Shown here one piece after another: positions 20,061 to 32,255 of a DNA stretch of 64,000 bases. Numbering within the stretch: the first letter of the stretch is position 1; every line of letters starts with the position of its first letter. Source of the DNA: an uncultured Marinilabiliaceae bacterium (GTDB lineage: Bacteria > Bacteroidota > Bacteroidia > Bacteroidales > Marinilabiliaceae); assembly GCA_964608615.1 (NCBI GenBank), contig CAZSQG010000005.1, positions 23,651 through 87,650 on the forward strand, read 5' to 3'. Made by a program: the position numbers and the translations under genes. The notes beneath the pieces are model-generated. The model saw nothing but the letters and a program-made list of their open reading frames with translations, ran no database searches and was not told where the DNA came from.

Positions 20061-20942
20061 CTACTTTTTTAGTATAATATAGTTCTTATATTCAAAAAAA
20101 CGGTAATTAAAAAGACGCTCCAGCGCATATAACAAATTTTCCCTGGGAGATAATCTAATTTTATTAACGTCAATATCAACTTTCCAATTCAAATTAGACA
20201 TTAACTCCTTCATGACGGATGGATGATCACCATCAAACTTTTTTACCGCATCAACAATTGAATAATCAAAGTTTTCACACGTTTCTAAAATTTTCTGCAG
20301 GGTATTGCCAGAGTGATAAAAAGAATGAAAGTGGCTAATCTTTTTCTTAATCACATCGGGCGGACGAACATATCCATAATGATAAACAGTTGCACTTACT
20401 CTTTTAACATGTAGCTTACAGTCATTTTTCCTGAAACCTTGAGCATCCTTATAAGACCTAATACTTATGTCATTTCTGATTATGCGTATTTCATTTCGAT
20501 ACCAACTGCGACTAATACCTACAAAATCATAAGTTCCCCAAAAATGGAGATATTTTAGCAATAAACCTTCAACCCTGTTATCCTCCAGATAATTTTTCAT
20601 AGCGTCTGTAATAGCATGATAGTCCTTGTCATGAAGTACCTCATCGGCCTGAAGATATATACACCAGTCAAATTCATCTCCCACTGCATCAAATGCTTTA
20701 TTGGTTTCCACAGCTAAAACCCGACCTCCTGACCTCAGTGAATCATCCCAAACAGTCTCAACAATCTCAATTTTTGAAGGATCAATCGTTTTTATCAAAT
20801 GTAATGTATCATCATCAGACTTACCAACGGCCACAACAATTTTATCGCAAATTGGCAACAAAGATTTGATGGACTCCACAACGGGATATCCATATTTTAT
20901 AGCATTCCTAACAATTGTAAATCCGCAAACTCTCATAATCAA
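20061..20942 (-). CDS. Glycosyltransferase (GT2-like)
   Basis: The N-terminus GFTIVRNAIKYGYPVVESIKS and an acidic motif YLQADEV are typical of a GT-A subfamily found in LPS/polysaccharide loci. Confidence 0.65.
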   Translation of the reverse strand: MIMRVCGFTIVRNAIKYGYPVVESIKSLLPICDKIVVAVGKSDDDTLHLIKTIDPSKIEIVETVWDDSLRSGGRVLAVETNKAFDAVGDEFDWCIYLQADEVLHDKDYHAITDAMKNYLEDNRVEGLLLKYLHFWGTYDFVGISRSWYRNEIRIIRNDISIRSYKDAQGFRKNDCKLHVKRVSATVYHYGYVRPPDVIKKKISHFHSFYHSGNTLQKILETCENFDYSIVDAVKKFDGDHPSVMKELMSNLNWKVDIDVNKIRLSPRENLLYALERLFNYRFFEYKNYIILKK

Positions 20943-20948
20943 TTTGTG

Positions 20949-22088
20949 CTAACTATTTAAACATTGGTTATAGATATTCATAAAGCTTTTCCCAATATAT
21001 TCAGGTGTGAAGCGTTGGGCATATTGATGGCCTTGTTGAATCATCCTGGCACGTAAATTACCGTCACTTAAAACAGTAATAACAGCCTGTTTTAATTCAT
21101 AAATACTTGTTGCATCCACATAAATACTCGAAGGGCCACCCGCCTCAGCAAAACAACCGTCTTTCGAAGTAATAACAGGGGTCCCACAAAAAAGTGCTTC
21201 TATAATTGGAATTCCAAATCCTTCAAATAAGGAAGGATAAATAAATAGTTGAGCCGATTGATACAACATGGCTAATTCCTCATTGGATACTCCTTTAAGA
21301 AATGAGACTTTTGATTCCATTTGTTTATCAGCAATATATTCTTTAACTTTTTGGGAATAGGATGTTTCAGAACCAACAATTACAAGATGTGTATCAATAT
21401 CCTCAATGGCTTTGATTCCTACCAAAATATTCTTGCGTTCCTCAATTGTTCCAACATTGAGAATATAGTTATCGGGTAAGTTAAACTTTCGCAACACCAA
21501 ATTTCGAGCCTCAAGCGAAAAGGATTGTTTAAATACATCCTGACAACCTTGATAAACAACCTTTATCTTATCAGGTTTAACCCCAAAAAACTCTATAATA
21601 TCCTTCTTTGTTTGCTCACTCACAGCTACAACAACATCGGCGTTTTTAACAGCATATCGTGCCTTTATCTTATGAATATAACGATCAAAAATTGAATAAA
21701 ATTGGGGATAACGTAGAAATATAAGATCATGAACAGTAACCACTGTCTTGATGCCCTTCTTTTTTAATCCATGAGGAATCTCTCCTGATAAACCATGAAA
21801 AATTTGAATATCATCTTTCAGCAAATCAACTGAGATAAACTTTTGACGCCATAGATTATAAAAAAACTTATTAATAGCTGATGAAGGAAGAGCCTCCTTA
21901 ACATTTTTATTGTCGCATTTAAATATAGACTTTTTGCCCTTCTTAGGATTATAAAGGATATATTGATTTTCAGGGTGATATTTGGAGAGTATACACACCA
22001 GATCACGACTATAATTACCAAGACCAGTTCGGTTATGATAAATTCTTTTGGCATCAAAACCAATCATTTTCCCCATTAAGTGATTCAT
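20949..22088 (-). CDS. Glycosyltransferase family 4
   Basis: The EX7E region reads PSLFEGFGIPIIEALFCGTPVITS. An alternative start is MIGFDAK at 22067. Confidence 0.9.
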   Translation of the reverse strand: MNHLMGKMIGFDAKRIYHNRTGLGNYSRDLVCILSKYHPENQYILYNPKKGKKSIFKCDNKNVKEALPSSAINKFFYNLWRQKFISVDLLKDDIQIFHGLSGEIPHGLKKKGIKTVVTVHDLIFLRYPQFYSIFDRYIHKIKARYAVKNADVVVAVSEQTKKDIIEFFGVKPDKIKVVYQGCQDVFKQSFSLEARNLVLRKFNLPDNYILNVGTIEERKNILVGIKAIEDIDTHLVIVGSETSYSQKVKEYIADKQMESKVSFLKGVSNEELAMLYQSAQLFIYPSLFEGFGIPIIEALFCGTPVITSKDGCFAEAGGPSSIYVDATSIYELKQAVITVLSDGNLRARMIQQGHQYAQRFTPEYIGKSFMNIYNQCLNS

Positions 22089-22214
22089 TGTATTTTTGTT
22101 TATTTAATCATTGGCTAAAATCCGGATATCTTTAAGCCAAGACAGTTTATCGGCCTGAGCGTAAATCTTGTATGACCAGTGGCGTAAATTAATAATAAAT
22201 AAAATCTTCACAAC

Positions 22215-23840
22215 TCAAAACTTATAATTAATTCCAATATTTAAGCCAAAGCTTCGATATAATTCACCAAAATCAAAACCAACAGCTCCCTTAAAGTCTA
22301 ACCCAGTTTTGAAAACATTTATTCCGAAAACCTCAATATGAGAATAAAACTGCTGTTTTGTTTTTTCAAAAAAATAATCAGGCGCTAAAATCCAACTATA
22401 ACGCCCATAATATTTCTCGGCCCAGCTTCCGTTATTAAGCGAACAAGTAAACTTCATGGAATACTTCCATTGCTCATTAATAGGACCTTGTATCCCTACA
22501 TTAAATGCCCGCACACGATTATTGATGAAAAATCCATAATTATTGGGTTGCCACCCCGGAGCATATTGCATAACCATAGATTTGGTATGAAACAGAGGTG
22601 TTCCTAAGGATTGCCCCATATAAGAATATCCCCGGTAATACATACTATTATTAAAGTTATCACCTCTTCCACCGTAATAATGACCATGGTTAAAATTAGT
22701 AATCCAATACTGATTAAAAAGTTCTTCATTCCATCCTCCCTCAGGCGTTGGAATACCTACAAAACTTTCAGCCATAAAAGAGTCCCAGTCATCAATTAGC
22801 CAAGGAAAAATCATCTGTCCCACTCTACTGGGGTCCTTTGCAAATCCCTCAGGAAACAAAGGATCAGGGATTCCTTCTCCTGATTGATGGTCTGTTTTAA
22901 AAAACTCCAGTACAATACGATCAATAAATTTAAAATTAACAGGCTCCCAATCAAACAAAAGAATAAAATCGTGATTCAACCGAAATGCCTTGTTTAGGGC
23001 ATAACCATTACGATCGGTAAACGGCTTATTTAATCCCAGATGCATCTTTCCTACAACCGTATTGGCATCAATACCAAAATCCCAAAAACCTTCATGTGCT
23101 CCAGCGGCATTGGTAAGCTCCCCACCTCCAAGCAGCTCTGAACCCTTTGCACAAAAAGTTGCCCAAAAGTCAACCGGAATTTTAGATCCATCGCTATACT
23201 CTCCACCAAAAAGAGCAGAATGAACAAGCCCTGCATAAGGTTTAATAAAAAATTTATTGATCCGTAAAAAAGCATATTTTTCATGAAGCAACACCTTCCC
23301 CACTCTTCCATATTCTGGATCTTCATTTAAAAACCCCTGACTAATCATCCCTTTCACCTGTAACCAACCCTTCGAAAATGGAACCGTCTTATAGTCAAAG
23401 ATACCCAGACTTATTCGTGGAATTGGCCGGGCATTAGAACTCATTAAATAAGATCCCGTTCCCAAATCATCGTAATGATCCAGCGGACTATAAGCTTTCT
23501 TACCCAACACGTAATCGATAAAATAAACAGATCCTGACAGATACAATTCATGGATAATACTGTTTTGATTATAAGACGGAACAACAACTCCCAATCCACT
23601 TTCAATAACAAGATTCTCCTTATTAAGAAAGATCACTTCTCCATTAGCTTTAACATATATATCGGCTTGACCAGAAGGATCAACCAATCCCCAACTATTC
23701 GAATAGTTCCATAATGGCTTAATCTGATCACTGGAAACACTAACCAATGTACTGATTGAACCTTTCATCAGTAACTGGGAATTAACAGGCAGTACACACA
23801 ATAAACAAAAAAACAGAAAAATCCTTCTCGCCATGTACAT
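22215..23840 (-). CDS. Outer-membrane beta-barrel protein (possibly Wzi-like capsule-assembly family)
   Basis: A signal peptide (RRIFLFFCLLCVLPVNSQ) is present. The sequence is aromatic/Gly-rich and ends in the OMP beta-signal ...GINYKF. The gene is embedded among glycosyltransferase genes. The Wzi assignment is only a guess from size and context. Confidence 0.6.
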   Translation of the reverse strand: MYMARRIFLFFCLLCVLPVNSQLLMKGSISTLVSVSSDQIKPLWNYSNSWGLVDPSGQADIYVKANGEVIFLNKENLVIESGLGVVVPSYNQNSIIHELYLSGSVYFIDYVLGKKAYSPLDHYDDLGTGSYLMSSNARPIPRISLGIFDYKTVPFSKGWLQVKGMISQGFLNEDPEYGRVGKVLLHEKYAFLRINKFFIKPYAGLVHSALFGGEYSDGSKIPVDFWATFCAKGSELLGGGELTNAAGAHEGFWDFGIDANTVVGKMHLGLNKPFTDRNGYALNKAFRLNHDFILLFDWEPVNFKFIDRIVLEFFKTDHQSGEGIPDPLFPEGFAKDPSRVGQMIFPWLIDDWDSFMAESFVGIPTPEGGWNEELFNQYWITNFNHGHYYGGRGDNFNNSMYYRGYSYMGQSLGTPLFHTKSMVMQYAPGWQPNNYGFFINNRVRAFNVGIQGPINEQWKYSMKFTCSLNNGSWAEKYYGRYSWILAPDYFFEKTKQQFYSHIEVFGINVFKTGLDFKGAVGFDFGELYRSFGLNIGINYKF

Positions 23841-23890
23841 TCATTGATTCTTTATCAACTTAACTATTAACGGTAAAGATATAATATGGA

Positions 23891-24703
23891 TTATGGAACT
23901 AGATACTTATTCAATCCATCAACACACCAATAACTTCCTGAATACTTTATCTCCTTAACAACATTAAGATGAACCTGCTCGTTTTCGCGTGATGCTTTTG
24001 GATGCCATAAATGATAGGCTACTCCCCCCATTTTTAAAAACCGTTTTTTGATTCCATAATTCAAAAGCCTGTAGGCCAGCTCGGTATCCTCATGACCCCA
24101 GAAAGTAAGTTGTTCATTATACCCATTTACAGCAAACAAATCCTCTTTCCAAAAAGCCATATTACAACCCCTGAGCCGATGAACCTCCTTTTGTCCGTAT
24201 CTCGAAGCTAAAAAACTCCGAACAATTTTTGATCTAAGTTCATTGAAAATATAACCCAATCCACCACTAAAACGAGCCTTATTAATATTTCGGGAAGATA
24301 ATATCTGATCAGTGCATTTCTGGCTAAGAGAAACTCTGCTTCCACATACGAAAGCTCCAACCTTAGCAACCTCGAGGTGATCCTTTACGAAATTTTTATC
24401 AAGTAAAATGTCACCATCAATTTGTATAATATAGGTCCCACCCGAAGCCAAAATGACTTTATTTCTTATTGTTGTTAGTCTAAATCCTTGATCTTCGTGC
24501 CAAATATGTTTAATCGCCACAGGAGAAATGCTTTGATAATGGCTAATCAACTCTTTTGTGTCATTTCTTGAACCATCATCGGCAATGATAATCTCATAAG
24601 GTAAAACAGTTTGTTTCAAAGCACTCTCCAGACAAAGAGAAAGTGCCTCTTTCCAGTTATAGGTACTAATTATCAAGGATGCTGATATTTTGTTACTTAT
24701 CAT
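23891..24703 (-). CDS. Glycosyltransferase family 2
   Basis: SLIISTYNW, ADDGSRNDT and QIDGD (DxD) are present. The ORF-track start at 24745 is GTG. The ATG at 24703 (MISNKISASL) is likelier. Confidence 0.85.
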   Translation of the reverse strand: MISNKISASLIISTYNWKEALSLCLESALKQTVLPYEIIIADDGSRNDTKELISHYQSISPVAIKHIWHEDQGFRLTTIRNKVILASGGTYIIQIDGDILLDKNFVKDHLEVAKVGAFVCGSRVSLSQKCTDQILSSRNINKARFSGGLGYIFNELRSKIVRSFLASRYGQKEVHRLRGCNMAFWKEDLFAVNGYNEQLTFWGHEDTELAYRLLNYGIKKRFLKMGGVAYHLWHPKASRENEQVHLNVVKEIKYSGSYWCVDGLNKYLVP

Positions 24704-24963
24704 AGAAATAAAATTCTTATTAATTAACGGACAATTTTGTTCCACGAAATTTCATAATTGGTAATCAAAAATAATCAGGTTAACACATATATGGTGGTAG
24801 TTGAAAATTAAATAAAAAAGACTCCGGAACAATAATAAAAAAACCGTGAGCCGGTATAAGCGAGATATATTTGTGTATAAGCTATTAACCAATCAAAGCC
24901 TGTTATTAAATCAAACTCACCTCTTTAATTCTTATTTAAAAAGCCAAAATTTAGTCAGCAGCT

Positions 24964-26019
24964 TCAAAAAGTTATATTTGAATGATTTTTTACAAGCACC
25001 TTCATTATTCTTTCCAGAACCATTTCAACAGTAATTTGATTCATACAGGCAAAATCGCCACGGTGACATTCAATATTCCCATAAACAGAGCATGGCCTGC
25101 ATGCCAAATCAACCTGAACAGCATTTTCTGAATCCTGTCCCCATCCATAAAAACCTGCAAAAGGATGCGTGGCTCCCCAGATACTAACAACTGGTGTTTC
25201 AACCAAACTGGCAAGATGCATATTGGCAGAATCCATACTCACCATCAAATCAAGATGTGCCATAACCTGCAACTCTTTCTTCATGGTTAAAAGACCCGCA
25301 AGATTATAACAATTCAACAACTCCGAAGACCAAAGGTCTAGTTTTTCTTTTTCTTCGCCCCTTCCACCGAACAAAAAAAGCTGCATTCCCTTTTCACTCA
25401 ACATAGAAAGCAACTCACGCATTTTTTCTTCGGGCCACATTTTCCATACATGTTTGGCAAATGGAGCTATCCCAATTTTCTTTCCTGGCTTCAGCAAAGC
25501 GTCAAAAGGCTCCTTTTCGTCACCCGAATAAAGCTTTCTCCCGGGGAAAGAAGATAAATTAAAGAAGTAACCACCCATTTCAAAAACCGCCTGATACCTG
25601 TCAACAGTATTTTCCAATGGTTTGAAAATTTTGTCACCCTTACTGCACAAGGCCTTCTTTTGATTTCTTCCTTTATCAATAACAACAGTTTTAACACCGC
25701 TCAATTTAAAAAGGATAGATAGAACTTTTGTTCGAACAACACCATGCAAATCTGCAACAAAACTCCACGGACCTAACTTTCTTATTTCAAGAAAAAGCTT
25801 AATCAGCCCTTTAAGCCCTTTATAGTCTTTCTTGAAATCAACCGAAAAAAAACTCACTCCTTCAATCGGCTCAATAAAATCACGAGCAAAGGGCCGCGAA
25901 ACAAATAATATGTCACAATCAGGATATTGAGTTCGAAACGACCATATTACAGGAATTGTCATTGCAACATCGCCCAAAGCACTAAACCTGAGAACAAGAA
26001 TTTTTTGATTGTCCCTCAC
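24964..26019 (-). CDS. Glycosyltransferase family 9 (LPS heptosyltransferase-like)
   Basis: KILVLRFSALGDVAMTIPV at the N-terminus and a DSANMHLAS motif are typical of GT9. Confidence 0.85.
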   Translation of the reverse strand: MRDNQKILVLRFSALGDVAMTIPVIWSFRTQYPDCDILFVSRPFARDFIEPIEGVSFFSVDFKKDYKGLKGLIKLFLEIRKLGPWSFVADLHGVVRTKVLSILFKLSGVKTVVIDKGRNQKKALCSKGDKIFKPLENTVDRYQAVFEMGGYFFNLSSFPGRKLYSGDEKEPFDALLKPGKKIGIAPFAKHVWKMWPEEKMRELLSMLSEKGMQLFLFGGRGEEKEKLDLWSSELLNCYNLAGLLTMKKELQVMAHLDLMVSMDSANMHLASLVETPVVSIWGATHPFAGFYGWGQDSENAVQVDLACRPCSVYGNIECHRGDFACMNQITVEMVLERIMKVLVKNHSNITF

Positions 26020-26022
26020 ATT

Positions 26023-26625
26023 TTATTTTTTATATAAAACTGGATTTAATGCCGGATCATTATACATTTTCATTTGTTTGTAAAGCTTCATTCTCTTTTT
26101 ACCATTTTCAATATCGGATAAAAGTTCATCAATAGCCTTACTGAGATCAACACGCTGACTTAGCAACACATCAAGTTTTTGGTTACAGCCAGCCATGTGT
26201 TCTGCTGATGCATCCTTACGAAGCGTTTCCTGCTCCATATGATAAATTTTCAATGACAAAATTGACAATCGGTCAATAGCCCATGCAGGTGTTTCAGTGT
26301 TTAACCCAGCTCCTTCATTAGGCTTTAAATCCTTGAACTTATTCATAAAATAGCCATCGATATACTCCACAAGATCTGTACGGTCCTGATTTGATTTATC
26401 AATACGCCTTTTAATCTTTAGAGCTTCTTCCGGATTGATGTTTGGGTCACGAATAATATCTTCAAGATGCCACTGCACAGCATCAATCCAGTTTTTTGAA
26501 AAAAGCAAAAATTCAAGACTTCCTTCCTTAAAGGGATTGGCTGGTGTATAATCCACATTATCAGTTTTATGATATAATAATGTAGTTTCCGAAAATATAC
26601 GGTTACAAATTTGGCTAATGCTCAT
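26023..26625 (-). CDS. DUF4254 domain protein
   Basis: 200 aa lying 3 nt upstream of the GT9 gene. I recall the DUF4254 + GT9 pairing as conserved in Bacteroidota. The sequence resembles that family (WHLEDIIRDP...RIDKSNQDR). Not verified. Confidence 0.55.
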   Translation of the reverse strand: MSISQICNRIFSETTLLYHKTDNVDYTPANPFKEGSLEFLLFSKNWIDAVQWHLEDIIRDPNINPEEALKIKRRIDKSNQDRTDLVEYIDGYFMNKFKDLKPNEGAGLNTETPAWAIDRLSILSLKIYHMEQETLRKDASAEHMAGCNQKLDVLLSQRVDLSKAIDELLSDIENGKKRMKLYKQMKMYNDPALNPVLYKK

Positions 26626-26810
26626 TTTTATTCATTTTAAAATTTAAAGGGGCAAAAATATCATTTTAAATTTCTTTTCCGAAGACCTTGAGTCATATTA
26701 GAAAAAAAGAATAATTCTACACCTCTTCGTATTTGATGAGAAAACTATGTCAGAAACAATTACTAACAAAATATTTCAGCGGAAATTAAGAAATAAAAAA
26801 AATTACTCTA

Positions 26811-28621
<1,811 letters not shown>

Positions 28622-28771
28622 TTACAAAAAAATAAATGAGTTAAAGGATTCAAATTTCTCAAAAAATTTGATTCCTGAAAAACAGACCAATTTTCCTTGA
28701 AAAATTTTTAATAATGTTACCAAACAATAAAGCAATGTAAAAATCAAAAGTAACGAACTCGTAAATATAAG

Positions 28772-28802
28772 AAAAAGTCTCCTATGTAAAACAGAGTCTT
28801 TT
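28772..28802 (-). terminator. Possible terminator after the polyprenyl synthase gene
   Basis: aaaaagtctc (28772..28781) pairs with gagtctttt (28794..28802), giving a 9-bp stem with one mismatch. Read on the minus strand it is followed by a T-run. Confidence 0.35.
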
Positions 28803-28845
28803 ATTGAAAACACATACTATTAACCCGGGAAGCATAAAACAGCCA

Positions 28846-29823
28846 TTATCGTGTACGCTTCATAAGTTGCCATGCAAAATCTTTAAGTTCATTTTTAATA
28901 TCACTTGATACATCAATAAAGTCGAGCTGCTTTATGGCGTTTTGATAATAAAAATCCATAATACTCTTTGTTTTTGCAGAAACGTTAGCTTCTTCATAAA
29001 GGTTACGAACCGCACTAACTTTTTCATCCCTGTCGAAATCCTTTTTTGAAATCCAATAATCAAGTTCTTTTTTTGCATTTCCCGAAAGTTGGGTTAGTGC
29101 ATTTATTAACAGGTATGTTTTTTTATTGCTTGCAATATCTCCGCCTATTGATTTGCCAAAAACATCAGGATCACCATAAACATCAAGCCAGTCGTCCTGA
29201 AGTTGAAAAGAAAGACCTATACTGCTGCCAAAATCATACAAATACTCAGCATCACTTTTTTTTGCTCCACCAATAAGAGCTCCAATTTTTAAGCTGGCAC
29301 CAAGCAATACGGCCGTTTTTAACCTAATCATTTCTAAATACTCCGATTCAGAAACATTTAACTTTGACTCAAAATCCATATCAAATTGCTGTCCTTCACA
29401 AACCTCCATTGCCGTTTTATTAAAAACTTCAAGAACAGAACTTAAAACAGCCTCAGGTGTTTGAGCAATAAACTGATAAGCCATAATTAGCATAGCATCA
29501 CCCGATAAAATGGCTGTATTATTATTCCAACGCACATGAACAGTAGGTTTGTTCCTTCTCATCAAGGAGCCATCCATGATATCGTCGTGTAAAAGAGTAA
29601 AATTATGAAAAATCTCAAGCCCTAATGCAGGGTTCATACAATCCTTTTCTTTCTCCTGATCAAAAAGAGTGCAAGCCGTTAAACATAGTGCCGGCCGAAT
29701 GCGCTTTCCTCCAAGCGTTAAAACGTAAGCAATAGGAGCATACAAAGCTGATGGTTCTTTCTCAATAACCATGTTGCCAAAAGCTGCTTCCACTTTATCC
29801 TGAAACCCTTTTATTATTGACAT
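28846..29823 (-). CDS. Polyprenyl diphosphate synthase (trans-isoprenyl diphosphate synthase family)
   Basis: The first Asp-rich motif is LLHDDIMD and the second is QLQDDWLD. Length is 325 aa. Confidence 0.9.
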   Translation of the reverse strand: MSIIKGFQDKVEAAFGNMVIEKEPSALYAPIAYVLTLGGKRIRPALCLTACTLFDQEKEKDCMNPALGLEIFHNFTLLHDDIMDGSLMRRNKPTVHVRWNNNTAILSGDAMLIMAYQFIAQTPEAVLSSVLEVFNKTAMEVCEGQQFDMDFESKLNVSESEYLEMIRLKTAVLLGASLKIGALIGGAKKSDAEYLYDFGSSIGLSFQLQDDWLDVYGDPDVFGKSIGGDIASNKKTYLLINALTQLSGNAKKELDYWISKKDFDRDEKVSAVRNLYEEANVSAKTKSIMDFYYQNAIKQLDFIDVSSDIKNELKDFAWQLMKRTR

Positions 29824-29825
29824 GA

Positions 29826-32255
29826 CTATTCATTTATGTTCATCGTTTCATCAACAACCTCCAATATTGGTTCTTTTTTACCCTGGATTACAAGATTGTC
29901 AAGTTCAATATCTTCATCCTCATTGTAAATGGCTAATAATGGTTCCTTAAACGACTGGTTGGTAATCATTTTTTCTAATGTAAGTAATAAAGATGGCAAC
30001 AAAATCAGATTGGAAAAAAGAGCAATCAATAAAGTTATTGCAACCAAAGTACCAAGAGCAACTGTTCCCCCAAATTCTGATATACTGAATATTCCAAATC
30101 CAAAAAACAAGATGATTGAAGTATAGATCATGCTATGACCGGTTTCTTTCAAAGCCAAAACAACTGCCGCTCTTATACTCCAGTTGGTTTCGTTCAGCTC
30201 CTGCCTATATTTGGCTAAAAAATGAATCGTGTCATCGACTGAGATGCCAAATGCAATACTAAAGACCAAAATGGTTGATGGCTTAATGGGAATTCCAAAA
30301 TAACCCATTAATGCCGCAGTCATAATTAGCGGGATTAAATTAGGAATCAACGAAACCAGCACCATTCTTTTGGAACTAAACATCCAAGCCATAAAAGAAG
30401 CAATCAACAGTATTGCCAGGAACAAACTTATAAAAAGATTATGAATCAAGTAATTAGTCCCTTTAAAAAACACAACACTGGCACCCGTAACAGACGTTTC
30501 ATACTTATCAGGAGGAAATATCTCGGTAATTTTTCCTCTTACATAAGTATCGAGTTCGTCCATGCGAGTTGTTCCAATATCGGCCATTCTAAGACTTATC
30601 CGGGTTTTTTGCCGGGTTGAGTCAAGAAAAGACATCATAACTTCTGATGAAGCACCTCTCCCTCCTTGTAAATATGACAATATAAAATTCCTTTCCTGTT
30701 GATTTGGAACACCATAAAATGCCGGATTTCCATTATAAAAAGCCTGTCTTGAAAACTTCACAACTTCCAAAACAGAAAGAGCTTTTGAAAGTTCCGGTAA
30801 TGCTTCAAGCTCTTGCTGTAACTTATCAAGTTTTCGTATGGTGGCAGGTTGCATTACCCCATTAGGTTTTTTTGTGTCAATAAAAATCTCAAGCGGCATT
30901 AACCCGTTAAAGTGTTCCTCAAAAAACTTAAGGTCGGTATAGAGTTCATGATCATGCGGGATATCATCTAACATAAAACCGGTAGTTTTTATTCTTGAAA
31001 TACCATAACCACCTGCAACTACCATTACTGCAGTTATAATAAAAACCCATTTGCGGTGATGCAAAGAAATATGAAGCAATTGACTCACCGTCTTATTCAT
31101 TACTACACTGTCGAGATGCTTTACGTGCCGTTCAGCGGGATCAGGTAAAAAACTAAATATAATAGGAATTAAAAGTAAAGAAAGAATAAAAACAACAAGT
31201 ATATTGATAGAAGCAACAACCCCAAATTCAACCAGGATTCGGCTACTGGTAAAAATAAAGGTTGCAAATCCACAAGCGGTTGTAAGATTTGTCAAAAAAG
31301 TGGCATTCCCAATTTTTCTGATTACACGTTGTAAGGATTTAATTTTATTACCATGCTTTCGAAATTCCTGATGATATTTATTTAGAAGAAAAACCGAGTT
31401 GGGTATTCCGATAACAATAATTAGTGGAGGAATCATCCCTGTTAATATGGTAATTTTATAACCCAACAGGGCCTGACTTCCCAATGCCCATATAACCGCT
31501 GTTCCAACAACCAACATGGAAAACATAACCACCTTGAACGAACGGAAAAATAAGAATATTATAAGCGCTGTAACTCCAAGAGTCAAAAAAATAAACATAT
31601 TCAACTCTCTTTTAATCATCTCGGCAGTCTCAACTCGAATAAACGGGAGTCCAGAATATTTTAATGTAACACCTGATTTTTGTTCATACGATAAGCCCGC
31701 GGCTTTAATATTGTCCATTAATCTAACACGATCAGAGCTTTCAAGAATCTCTGGTACTAATGTTACGGCTAGCAAATAAGTCTGCGTTTCATTATTATAA
31801 ATCTGTTTAATATAAAATGGAAGCTCCAGAAACCCATTTTTCAAGCTGTCGAGTGCTTCTTGGTTCCTGACGTCTTTAAAATGTGGTTTAAGGTCAAACC
31901 TTCGGGCATTGCCATCTTTAACCAAATTATAAGCGTTTGAAACCGAAAAAACAGATTTTACTCCTACTATTGAATTTAATGACCGGCTAAGCTCTTCCCA
32001 TGTTTTAAAGTGATCGTAATCAAAAAATTTATCATCCTGAACTCCTAAAACCAAAAGATTGCCTTCGTTCCCAAACAAACTAAGAAAATTTTGATACTCC
32101 ACAAAAGCCGGATCATCAGCAGGTAAAAGCGGTGCATACTGATATGACATTTCTATCTTTCTTGCTTGAAAACCCATAAAAATAGTTATACCAGCAAGCA
32201 AAAATAGAATTGGTAAACGGTTTCTTAAAATGGCACTTGCTATTCGAATCCACAT
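29826..32255 (-). CDS. RND-superfamily MMPL/HpnN-like exporter (two sterol-sensing-like 6-TM halves)
   Basis: 809 aa with an internal duplication visible in the sequence: GIPNSVFLLNKYHQE... matches GISVDDTIHFLAKYRQE.... There are 12 predicted TM helices and two periplasmic loops. The gene ends 2 nt before the polyprenyl synthase start. Confidence 0.8.
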   Translation of the reverse strand: MWIRIASAILRNRLPILFLLAGITIFMGFQARKIEMSYQYAPLLPADDPAFVEYQNFLSLFGNEGNLLVLGVQDDKFFDYDHFKTWEELSRSLNSIVGVKSVFSVSNAYNLVKDGNARRFDLKPHFKDVRNQEALDSLKNGFLELPFYIKQIYNNETQTYLLAVTLVPEILESSDRVRLMDNIKAAGLSYEQKSGVTLKYSGLPFIRVETAEMIKRELNMFIFLTLGVTALIIFLFFRSFKVVMFSMLVVGTAVIWALGSQALLGYKITILTGMIPPLIIVIGIPNSVFLLNKYHQEFRKHGNKIKSLQRVIRKIGNATFLTNLTTACGFATFIFTSSRILVEFGVVASINILVVFILSLLLIPIIFSFLPDPAERHVKHLDSVVMNKTVSQLLHISLHHRKWVFIITAVMVVAGGYGISRIKTTGFMLDDIPHDHELYTDLKFFEEHFNGLMPLEIFIDTKKPNGVMQPATIRKLDKLQQELEALPELSKALSVLEVVKFSRQAFYNGNPAFYGVPNQQERNFILSYLQGGRGASSEVMMSFLDSTRQKTRISLRMADIGTTRMDELDTYVRGKITEIFPPDKYETSVTGASVVFFKGTNYLIHNLFISLFLAILLIASFMAWMFSSKRMVLVSLIPNLIPLIMTAALMGYFGIPIKPSTILVFSIAFGISVDDTIHFLAKYRQELNETNWSIRAAVVLALKETGHSMIYTSIILFFGFGIFSISEFGGTVALGTLVAITLLIALFSNLILLPSLLLTLEKMITNQSFKEPLLAIYNEDEDIELDNLVIQGKKEPILEVVDETMNINE

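Noticed and set aside
24846-25034. 62-aa plus-strand ORF between the GT2 and GT9 genes.
   Set aside because: It overlaps the 3' end of the GT9 gene, is low-complexity and has no motif.
28645-28676. 12-bp stem with one mismatch (aggattcaaatt / aatttgattcct) upstream of atpD.
   Set aside because: It is an A/T-only stem with no convincing U-tract in either orientation. I did not call it a terminator or operator.
28622-28813. 63-aa minus-strand hydrophobic ORF between the polyprenyl synthase gene and atpD.
   Set aside because: It lies in the AT-rich promoter/terminator spacer. The Leu/Phe/Ile-rich sequence is what poly-A/T DNA encodes, and nothing supports it as a gene.
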